Source: Phoronis australis (taxonomy: Eukaryota > Animalia > Phoronida). Taken from it: a stretch of DNA of 64,000 nt. Positions 55,101-64,000 of the stretch are shown here, in pieces. The position numbers and the translations under genes were made by a program. Location of the stretch: contig NMRA01000181.1 of the NCBI GenBank assembly GCA_002633005.1, forward strand, positions 568,959-632,958, in the 5' to 3' direction. Under the pieces are notes generated by a model. It was not told where the DNA came from. It did no database searches and saw only the letters and a program-made list of their open reading frames with translations. Position 1 is the first letter of the stretch, and the number at the start of each line of letters is the position of its first letter.

Positions 55101-58100
55101 GAGGTGTACCGAATGTACAGAAACGTTGTTGGCTATGAGTTTTAACGTCTTTCGTTTGAGAGCTGTGCACAAAGATCACTTTAGCTAACGACAGAAGTTC
55201 TGCACAAGCATGTCAGTGTGGTGGGGGGTTCTTACTTCAGTGAGAATTACGGGTCAAAAGACTGATTTTTAAGGGACGTTCGCTTTGAAGAAGTGTCCTA
55301 ATCACATTCAATTGCAACAACAGTAAATTACAAAAAGTTCTCTTCTTATGTGGTTAAGTTCTCCAAATGTTCATTTTTGCTGGTTACTGTACACAACGGG
55401 TCAGCCCTACCTCGGGTTTACTATCTGTTGTGGATTGTTTATACGACTGATGTCAATAAACGTAAGACAAAGGTGAATAGGATGTCAAACGAAATGATAA
55501 CATTTCATGGACGTTCCGAACAAAATGGATCTCCTTTTAAAGTGTGATTATTGATGCCATAGTTTTTAGAGTCTTTCTAGGATCAGCATGTTAACAACAC
55601 ACATGTAGAATATATTAATATACACGTAGAATGTAGATTTAGCTGGATACACCTCTATCTGCATAGACTATTCTTCAACAGAAATAGCATGTAGTTAGGT
55701 ACTTGTAACCAGGGTAATGCCATGTTTCAGTACATCCTTCTCGAACTCTTTACTGTTGCCATTAAAACAACATATCTGTTGTGAATATTTTCAATGTGCA
55801 ACACCAATAATATAGTTTGAGGTGTTGATTTGTTGTCCTGTTTTGACACAATAAATCCACGCCTACATCTTCAAGCTTTTGAATGACCATTCTGTGGAAC
55901 GTTTAAGTTACCATCATATGAAAGCACTGACGAAGTGTTTTCGAGTACATATTGTATATAGCAGGTTACCCCCACGTCAACCCCTAAGTTGCATTTTCCC
56001 CTACCAATTTCGGTTGAGAAAACAATAGAGCGAATTGCTTGCTAATTAAAAGAATAAACTTTGCAACACAGAAACCTTAACCCATAAGTATTTTGTTTGA
56101 ATGTCATTCCCAAATATTAGGAATTTATGTACGAGTGAAAATATCAGCCCCTAAATTGATAAATGTCATACCTTGTGTGTTTTCTTACGCAGGTACTTGG
56201 GGAGCCTGGACGACGTGGTCGGCTTGCAGCGCCACTTGCGGTGAAGGCTCCATGATACGACGTCGCCAATGCGAAGGGCATTACCTGTGTAGAGGAGATT
56301 CAAGCGAACGTGCAACTTGTTTCGAGGCAAGTTGTCCGGCTCGAGGTACGTTGTACTTGTTTCTTATTTTTCCATTGAAGACGAAACATGTAAGGTACAT
56401 CAATATCAACCTTTTTGTCAAATCATTTTCATAAGAATGGCGATAAACCTACATCGCTGAATTGTAAAACTTCCGAAAACTTGTTTTTGAAAACTTCAGA
56501 TTTAAGAACTTTTAATTTAAAAAATTGTAACAAAAACTTGCTCAAAAACGACTCAGTTAGTTTTCGAGATCACGGACTTATTTTTCACTTCTATAACTTG
56601 TCACTTTCAGTAGATTATTACCAAAACTGAAAATTTCCAGATTGTGGAACGAAAGGCGATTTGATTTTCATTCTTGACGAGTCCAGTAGCATCTACCCGA
56701 AAAACTTTAAGAAACAACTTCAGTTTGTCAGCGATGTCGTGGAATCGTTTCCTGTTGGCAAAGACCAGGTCCGTGTTGGGGTTATGACGTTTTCAACGAA
56801 GCCACAACTGAGGTTTGAACTCGGTTCTTACAACGACAACGAAGAAGTGAAAGAAGCCATATTGGGTATTCGCCAAAGGGGAGGAGGAACGTATACATTC
56901 GATGCTTTGGATTTCGCGCGGGAAAACATGTTCACGAGAGCTCGCGCTGACGTTGTGAAAATTGGTGTCGTCATGACGGATGGCGAATCAGCCGACAGCG
57001 ACAAGACGAAAAGAGCTGGCGCCGCCGCACGCGCTGCCGGATTTGAAATGTTTGCCATCGGTGTGGGTACCAAAGTTGACTTGGAAGAGTTGAAGGCAAT
57101 TGGCGGGAAAAACGTCGTGACAGCCACAGATTTCACCTCGCTTGATGATATTAAAGCTGACGTCATATCCAGAACGAAAGCTGCTTGCCCTGATGAGCCT
57201 GGTAAGTTGTTATTCGCCATCCTTGTTACGTTTTGGTTTATACTAGGCGGCACTAGTAAATGGATACGATAGACCTAACCGTTTTATGACAGAAACGACG
57301 AATTACTGGGGCCGGTTCTCGGTCATACATTGTACTGGATACATTATAAGTTGAATTATCTGATCTGTTCCACGAGTTCTTTTAATTCACAGTATAACAA
57401 GCGATTTTAAAGCTAAACGGTATCTGGCATTCTTGTTACTTTCTTTAGCTGCCATACACGGGCAGTGGAGTGACTGGGGAGACTGGGAAATCTGTTCCGA
57501 GTTATGCGGAGAAGGCGTGCAATCCAGAAGACGCGAATGCAACAATCCACCGCCATCTAACGGAGGTGACAGTTGCCGAGGTGACGCACGAGAAACAAGG
57601 GCCTGCAACAAAGGACCATGTGATGTGGCGGGTAAGATTTAAAGCGTGTTCAGCTAGATGAAGTAATTTGTAAAGTTGTTTAGAAGGAAAGGATACTGAG
57701 ATTCAGAAGGAATTGACAGTATGTTGCCAACGACTTAGTTGAGTGGAAGCATAAAAGAGGTGATGTCGAATTTCATGTTTTTTATAATCATTCCACCTTC
57801 TTTGAACAGTTAATGGACAATGGGGTGACTGGCTAGCATGGGAGACATGCTCGGCGTCGTGCGGTGGCGGTCGACAGTCTAGACGTCGTTTGTGCAACAG
57901 CCCTCGTCCGTCCGCTGGCGGCCGGTACTGCAAAGGGGATTCTGAAGAAACACGCCCGTGTGCTAATAATCCCTGTCCAGGTGGGGTGTTGAGTACTTGT
58001 TGCTATATCTAATAATTTCTTCTCTGAGTAAGCTATAAGGTAAAACGATTTTACAGTTGTAAAATATCTGATTTCCAAACTCACCGAATGTATGTGAATG

Positions 58101-61100
58101 AGGGCTTGAAGTTAAATAAGGCAGTCACGTTTGTTTTGTCCATGCAAGTAGAGGTACCCAACATATAACTCTTTTTAGTGGACGGTCAGTGGGGCAAGTG
58201 GGAGGACTTCGGCACTTGCTCCGTCACATGTGGTGGTGGAATCAAAACAAGAGTCCGTCAGTGCGACAACCCGGCGCCGGTTTATGGTGGTCGAGAGTGT
58301 GTCGGAGCGAGCACTCAGGAGGTGATTTGTGTGCTCGATCAATGCACGACAACCAAACCCCGTGGTAAGCAATAAGCTAGTTTGAAATTGGGTACTAAGA
58401 AATTTCACAAGCACGCCAACGTAGACGATGATTTCAAGCGAAAACTTTACCTTGATTGAGAGACCTATTGGTAACTTTGGAACAAATATGTGTTAATGCT
58501 TGTAGTTACAAAGAAGTGAATAGTTGGTCATCCTGCATCGAGCAGTACATTTGGTCCATGGGTCGAATTCTGGTCTCCTTATAGTCCAAATGTCAAAAAG
58601 TGAAAACTTAACGACACGTAAGTCTCACTGGTGAATTAACTTCCTAGGAAATGAAATCTTATTTTTTATTTGAAGCAAAGTGCGAGGGTGGAAAGGTTGA
58701 CGTTGTATTTGTCCTGGACGAATCCAGTAGCATCTACCCAAAGGACTTTAAGAAACAACTAAAATTTGTCAGTGATGTCGTCGACAGCTTTTCCATTGGC
58801 AGAGACAAGGCTCGTGTGGCGGTAATGACATTTTCTACCCGTCCCACTCTCAGATTTAACTTTGATCAGTATACTGACAACGAGAGCGCAAAGGGTGGTA
58901 TAGTTAAGATCCGACAGACGGGCGGTGGAACATATACGTTTGACGCCCTTGACTTTGCGCGGGAGAAAGTGTTTCCGCTAGCACGAGACGACGTGTTGAG
59001 ATTGTGCATCGTCATGACAGATGGCGAGTCGGCGGATAAAGACAAAACCGCGGCCGCTGCAGCGTTGGCCAACGAACAGGGATTCGAGATGTTTGCACTT
59101 GGAGTTGGGCCTAACGTGGACACAGACGAACTGCGATTTGTCGGTGGTGATAACATTTTCACCGCCGCTGACTTTAACGCCCTGAATGACATCAAGACCG
59201 AGTTCATCAAAAAGACACAGGGTGTGTGTAGCGACACGGCAGGTGAGGATAATACAAAAGTACTTCATGTGGATTGCGTTGTACGTATCTATGCGAACCC
59301 TTCTGAAATATACCACTAACGCTTGCGATCAAGTAGACACTCCTGCTTAAAGGAAGGGTTCACAAGCATGTGTATGTGTACGTGTGTGCATTTGCGTGTG
59401 CGTGTGCGTGGATTGCATGTAAACTTCTTGTTTGATGTGTTATACAAGAGGACGACAAGAAACGAGATGTTTTCCAACAAGTAACGTCGGAAAACGTGGA
59501 CTCAAATGCCTAAAGCTCATTGGAAACCGTGTTTCAGTTGAGGTTTTTTGAGTAAAATGGTATTGTTATTCGCATGATTCACCCATATCATACAGTAAAT
59601 GTTTACCTCTTTTGTTGCTTCTACCCAATTAGGCCTACCCACTGCATAAACTCGAAACTGAGGTACAGTACCCGTTAACTGGCAATGCGGGCATCTTTAC
59701 AGCTTCTCGATAACGCAAACTGTGCAGGCACAAATTTCTGAATTGTGGTGAAAACGTAACGCAAGCATGGAATCAAAAAGAAAAATTCTTTCTACCAAAA
59801 CCAAATTTACAAACGATGATACCAGCAAGGGTTTATGGTCATTCAGAGCACCAATTTTCAACATTTGGTTCGAGCTTAATGCACTTGCAGTAGGCCTATC
59901 TGCGTACTGGAGAAGCCTTAAGTAGCCCTTCGCTTTAAGCCCTCCATCGTAACTCGGTGGGTCACTTCTTGTCTTAGCCTCTCGGCATGTATGCGTATCT
60001 GTGAAACAAACATTTTCAATAGATCTTGCTCGTTCCCATGCTTTGTGTTCCGCGGATGCTATCGGGTAACGGCTGAAGTGACTCACGTGTTTTAGACCAT
60101 TTCTTGCTGCTCTTATGTGTTCTCTATACCCCGCCTAACTTTGATCCCAACCCTCGTTCTGCCTTCCCAGCTTCAAAACCCGTAGCAGTTGACGGCCATT
60201 GGGCTGACTGGTTGCCCTGGGTTCAGTGTTCAGTGACGTGCGGCACTGGTGAACAGTTCCGGGTTAGAGAGTGCACCAATCCTGCTCCTGCCCACGGAGG
60301 GCGCACGTGTTCAGGGAAAGACCGCGAAACGAGGGTTTGTGAAAAACCCTCATGCACCGTTCCCGGTCAGTACACAACGTGCAGTTTTATCTGCTTGAAA
60401 TGTTTTAAGTTAATCTATACATCAACCCTAGAAAAATGTTCAAAACTGGCCAACTTTGAGACATCATACCTCAGAAATGGCTGATAGAATTAATATGAAA
60501 CTTTCAGGTAATGGTACGTATTGTTTTTAAATTGTTCCATTTTGCGCGAGGGGTTATTAATTAAGAGCAAAAATATAAAGTTTCACGAACGAAACGATTA
60601 GTTGGAAAACTGATAGCGATTTTTTGAGATTTCATCTAGATAATTCATATCGAACGAAGTTTGGTTTTGTCATTGAAACCTCTTTGCTATCACTGTGCCT
60701 TTATTTTTTGCTAAATTTTACTAAAAATGAATGATCACGTTCCCAGTTAATGACAGATTGTCAAAAATCAAATCCCACATGCTTTGTAATTTCAGAAAAC
60801 ACATATTTTAACTTAGTAAAAATCTGTAGTTTGTAGGAGTTTGGCTAAATACACAAACGAGTCAATAAGGTGTTACGTAACCTTAGGTATTGCTGAGTAT
60901 TCCGTGTCAATTCTTTAATTTCGCTTTTGGTTATTTTGTAATACTTGGCACGGGGAATGTAGAAAATTTCAGAAGAAACAAAACAGTTGTCCTTGAAATG
61001 TACCTGAAAATTAGAAAAAAAAGAACACTTCTTTGAATGGGACAAGAAAAATGATATGAAAGCTAACGGTATTCTTGGGAACTAAAAATTCTTGTTTCGT

Positions 61101-63681
61101 ATCATTATGGAATTCGTCTTGGCCTATCATCTCTTGAAGCAGATATGTGAAATGTAAATTGTAAAATCCGAAACTGGTTTTGTCGTCTGCTTGTTGTCTA
61201 AATATAATAGTTGCCCTGTTTGAAATGCAGTGTTCGGCTAAGCCATTCCCTCATTTTGTAACAAAGTGGATTATGTCTTCCGAGATGTCCACTCTCCCAA
61301 TAAAAGCCGGTTAACTAGTCGACATAGGATATTTTAACATTGCTTAGGGTTAAGTAGTGTGAGTTATGTTAAAACAGGAACAATATGTAGTTGATATCTG
61401 GTAATAACATAAAGCACAATTTCATTTCTTTTTAGTGTTGCATACAAAATTTACCAGCTGCCTATATATTAAATCAATAAGTTACACTGTTAGGCCAACT
61501 TTTCAAGTAATAGATGAGAAGGGTTTCTTGTTATGCATGTTCTTCCAATGTACCTTGGTTGAGTTTTCCACGAATTTGCACTGAAAACATTTTTCTCTTC
61601 AACGCTCCGATTAGCTTCGCTTTTTGGTTCTGGTTTATGACACAGTTGAGTGTCAAGAGCAAATAGACAATGACTTCTAAGTTTTCATTTTTTTCTTGTG
61701 ATTCAATAACCTCAGTTAAACTAATGCACAAATTATCAGCGAATGGTCAACCCTTACAGTCGACGGAGATTGGGGCCAATGGAGCGACTATGTGCCTTGC
61801 TCAGTGTCTTGTGGCGTGGGAACCCAGACCCGGCAGCGCAGTTGCAACAGTCCACCTCCGTCTAACGGCGGCCGAGACTGTGTCGGTCTGGCAAAACAGG
61901 AAATCCTCTGTGTTGGAGATTCGTGCGATGAACCAGAATTACGTAAGAATTTACTCTTGTGGCTTTCCATTCGTTCTTGGGGGCGCTTCACTTTTTTCAA
62001 GTTGTTCAATTTGTTGGTTTATCCAGAATAACGCTATCACAGCAACAAAGTAAAGCATTTAAAGCATCTTCGAACTTCCTCTTATGGGTAATACGCCTAC
62101 ACATTTTATTTTGATTATTTACTTCCGACAATATCAAGGGATTGGGAAAACAATAATGTCATTCAAGATCAATTCCCGCGCATTCTAAAACCCAACACTT
62201 TTATCCTTCAAAGTCAGATGTACTTAAACCGTCCATTGTCTTTACAGCTGACTGCGAGGGTGGCAAGATCGACATAATTTTTGTTTTGGACGAATCAAGC
62301 AGCATCTATCCTAAAGATTTCCAGCGGCAACTTCAGTTCGTAAATGACGTCATCGAGGAATTTGACGTATCTCCTGAAAAAGCGAGAATTGGTGTGATGA
62401 CGTTTTCCACGCGACCCACATTGCGATTCAATCTCGACGAGCACAACACTAAGGCAGAGGTTCAAGGTCAAGTACTTGGAATTCGTCAAAATGGCGGCGG
62501 AACTTACACGTACGACGCCCTAGACTTTGCGCGGGAGAATATGTTCACACGTGCTCGCACAGGGGTGATGAAGTTGGCGATTGTCATGACAGACGGGGAA
62601 TCAGCTGACCAAGAGAAAACCGCCGCGGCGGGAAAATTGGCAAGGAAATCTGGGTTCGAAGTCTTTGCACTGGGTGTTGGACCGAATGTGGATCGATCGG
62701 AGCTGGACGAAATCGGCGGTCGGAATGTATTCACTGCAAAGGACTTCAGGGATCTTAGTTTTATTAAGGCAGAATTTGTCAGCAAGGCCAAGAGTGTTTG
62801 CCCTGGTGAGTATTGAATGAGAATTATTCTGAAAAAGGATGAAATAATGGGCACGAAGACCTTTAACACTATAATCTGGAAAGAAGGAAAAAGACAGTCT
62901 TATGGAAAAAAGAACACCCCAATAATTTAAATGGCTTTTAGATTTTGGTCGTCTGTGTGAATGCTCTAATACTGGTTATCATTTCCGTTATTTTTCGTTT
63001 GTGTTAACCATTGCAGCTAGTCACGGCAGTGGATACGTGTTTGAATTAACTGAACTATTTAAGAAACTAATCCTTTCAAGTGAGAGCGTTCGGTATAACC
63101 TTAAACGAGTTCCAAAGACTTCAATCCGTACAAATTGAAATACAATAGTTAAGTTTATTCGAAACCCAAGAAAATACACGCTAAACGTACCAGAAACACC
63201 TTTGCTGAGATCGAAAGTATAACGTCGAATAACAGTAGACCAACATCACACAAATTCCAGAGAAATGCTCATCACATTTTCCGGGTTTAATTTTATGACC
63301 TATTTTCAGTTGCAACGACGCCATCGCCACCCGCAGCCATTGCCGGGCAGTGGAGTGACTGGAGAGACTGGACACCATGTTCCGTGAGCTGCGGTGACGG
63401 CAATCAACAGCGCACGAGACTGTGCAATAACCCCACCCCCCGGCATGGCGGAGACGATTGTCAAGGGTACGCCAAGGAAGTTAGGTCGTGTCGCGGTCCG
63501 CCATGTGCTGTTGATGGACAGTGGGGTCCGTGGCGGGATTGGTCTACGTGCTCAGTAACCTGTGGTCGTGGAGAACGATACAGACAACGATCTTGCAATA
63601 ATCCACCCCCATCTAACGGTGGTCAAACCTGTGTTGGAATCGATTTGGATGTCGAGGAATGTGGAGATTCACCCTGTCCCC
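25143..63681 (+). CDS. Large secreted multi-VWA / thrombospondin type-1 repeat protein (coadhesin-like adhesion/matrix protein); SP-VWA0*-TSP-VWA1-TSP2-VWA2-TSP3-VWA3-TSP3-VWA4-TSP2-VWA5-TSP2..., about 2025 aa in view, 3' end beyond the window
   Basis: 25 exons joined in frame with GT-AG sites. VWA motifs D(I/V)VFVLDxSSS, GGxTxT, (V/I)xTDG, FAxGVG; TSP1 motifs WxxWxxW, CSxTCG, RxRxC. Confidence 0.9.
33320..33409. repeat. (CT)n microsatellite
   Basis: Direct reading. Confidence 0.95.
34080..34172. repeat. (GTAT)n(AT)n compound microsatellite
   Basis: Direct reading. Confidence 0.95.
34893..34968. repeat. CT-rich simple repeat
   Basis: Direct reading. Confidence 0.9.
37397..37427 (+). CDS. 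Exon 2, 31 nt (IADSRVLSRN), end of signal peptide
   Basis: gcattttcag acceptor, G|GTAAGT donor; phase 0 to 1 fits exon 3. Confidence 0.65.
38029..38462 (+). CDS. VWA0 (degenerate), N-terminal part (DTDIAFLVDISK...YGLITYA...SILLVGD)
   Basis: Strong acceptor ttgctttttcag; 434-nt open frame; VWA beta-strand pattern. Confidence 0.85.
41539..41725 (+). CDS. VWA0 C-terminal part (IHANGIWLFALGFGSDV...)
   Basis: GIxLFALGFG VWA motif; C|GTAAGT donor; phase 0 to 1. Confidence 0.85.
42535..42603 (+). CDS. Linker exon, 69 nt (YFETRRSLLSSKVGGVHSTGET)
   Basis: ttgtttatag acceptor, CAG|GTGAGT donor, phase 1-1, open frame. Confidence 0.7.
43201..43419 (+). CDS. TSP1 repeat 1
   Basis: [36 protein letters not shown]. 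Confidence 0.93.
44556..44801 (+). CDS. VWA1 part 1 (ADIVFVLDASSS)
   Basis: MIDAS DxSxS; canonical splice sites. Confidence 0.93.
45588..45739 (+). CDS. VWA1 part 2 (EGATNTADAL...VVITDGQS)
   Basis: MIDAS T and D motifs. Confidence 0.92.
46014..46229. repeat. Copy of the GAACTCGAA element (ends ACTATAG...TTATAGT)
   Basis: Similar to 13386-13627. Confidence 0.6.
46667..46841 (+). CDS. VWA1 part 3 (AREAGISMYAIGIG...)
   Basis: VWA C-terminal motif; G|GTAATA donor. Confidence 0.9.
48969..49145 (+). CDS. TSP1 repeat 2
   Basis: HGHWGAWSEFGACSVSCGRG. Confidence 0.92.
49447..49638 (+). CDS. TSP1 repeat 3
   Basis: [33 protein letters not shown] (not in the ORF track). Confidence 0.92.
49834..50452. 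other. Assembly gap (619 N)
   Basis: Run of N. Confidence 1.
50717..51289 (+). CDS. VWA2, single exon
   Basis: DIVFVLDESSS, GGGTYT, VMTDG, MFAIGVG. Confidence 0.95.
51950..51976 (+). CDS. Candidate 27-nt linker microexon (ATLLGISIE)
   Basis: GCTAAC branch point, ttatttcaaacag acceptor, AAG|GTAAGA donor, phase 1-1, open frame. Confidence 0.5.
52647..52801 (+). mobile_element. MITE family A, copy 3
   Basis: Same interior (cagacattcgcacccccgaactg); flanks accgt/actgt. Confidence 0.85.
53360..53539 (+). CDS. TSP1 repeat 4
   Basis: [33 protein letters not shown]. Confidence 0.92.
54325..54570 (+). CDS. TSP1 repeat 5 (5' boundary uncertain: 54322, 54325 or 54379)
   Basis: DGNWGPWSEYSDCSVTCEVGSRLRIRVC. 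Confidence 0.9.
56193..56345 (+). CDS. TSP1 repeat 6, short form with RGDS
   Basis: GTWGAWTTWSACSATCGEG...CRGDSSER. Confidence 0.92.
56641..57201 (+). CDS. VWA3, single exon
   Basis: DLIFILDESSS, GGGTYT, VMTDG. Confidence 0.95.
57449..57631 (+). CDS. TSP1 repeat 7
   Basis: HGQWSDWGDWEICSELCGEG. Confidence 0.92.
57810..57980 (+). CDS. TSP1 repeat 8
   Basis: NGQWGDWLAWETCSASCGGGRQSRRRLC. Confidence 0.92.
58179..58364 (+). CDS. TSP1 repeat 9
   Basis: DGQWGKWEDFGTCSVTCGGG. Confidence 0.92.
58676..59242 (+). CDS. VWA4, single exon
   Basis: DVVFVLDESSS, GGGTYT, VMTDG. Confidence 0.95.
60171..60365 (+). CDS. TSP1 repeat 10
   Basis: DGHWADWLPWVQCSVTCGTG. Confidence 0.92.
60426..60845 (+). repeat. 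Second copy of the 9466-9885 element
   Basis: ccctagaaaaatgttcaaa...gaaactttcag...ttttgagatttcat...aatgacagattg shared. Confidence 0.75.
61760..61942 (+). CDS. TSP1 repeat 11
   Basis: DGDWGQWSDYVPCSVSCGVG. Confidence 0.92.
62248..62805 (+). CDS. VWA5, single exon
   Basis: DIIFVLDESSS, GGGTYT, VMTDG. Confidence 0.95.
63310..63681 (+). CDS. TSP1 repeats 12 and 13 in one exon
   Basis: GQWSDWRDWTPCSVSCG and DGQWGPWRDWSTCSVTCG; C|GTAAGT donor, so the gene continues. Confidence 0.93.
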
Positions 63682-64000
63682 GTAAGTCAATCACAGTCAG
63701 GAGAGGGGTTGCCTCACGGTTTGCTCGTTTGAAATTTTGGATTTAACGATTCACGACCGCAATTTTTCAAATTACACGGATTACGACAGATTTTCATTCC
63801 TTCCTTGGTTGCCATAATTTCTCGCATTAGTCCTACTCTTATAAAATTGATATCATCATATTTCTATCTACATGTGGGATAGGATTACATCTCCATTATC
63901 AACTCAAGTTACAGCCGATACTTACATGTGCCGTTTTTGAATCCGAACTCTTCGGGTTGGCCAAAACTCTCATTTGTTTTGTGTCACTGATGGTTTCGAG

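Noticed and set aside
56828-62869. Minus-strand ORFs at 56828, 58866, 58978 and 62504 that resemble each other
   Set aside because: Antisense shadows of the homologous VWA exons

Overview
Eukaryotic (invertebrate animal) genomic DNA, AT-rich, with GT-AG introns, one assembly gap (49834-50452) and many short dispersed repeats. Two spliced genes lie head-to-head about 12 kb apart. (1) The 5' half of DNA topoisomerase I (TOP1) is on the minus strand: 10 exons from ATG 13040, running off the left edge. (2) A very large secreted/extracellular protein is on the plus strand: putative ATG 25143, 25 exons in view, more than 2000 aa, running off the right edge. It has a signal peptide, 6 von Willebrand A domains (the first MIDAS-degenerate) and 13 thrombospondin type-1 repeats arranged as alternating VWA-(TSP1)1-3 cassettes with phase-1 domain-boundary introns. 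The rest is MITE families (several with 5-bp TSD-like flanks), a Tc1 transposase remnant and microsatellites. Most short ORFs in the track are spurious. No prokaryotic-type system (CRISPR, operon, retron) is visible. The best leads are the modular VWA/TSP1 adhesin-like protein and several candidate splicing-control elements in TOP1 introns. All exon boundaries were derived by eye from splice signals and frame continuity, not from transcripts.
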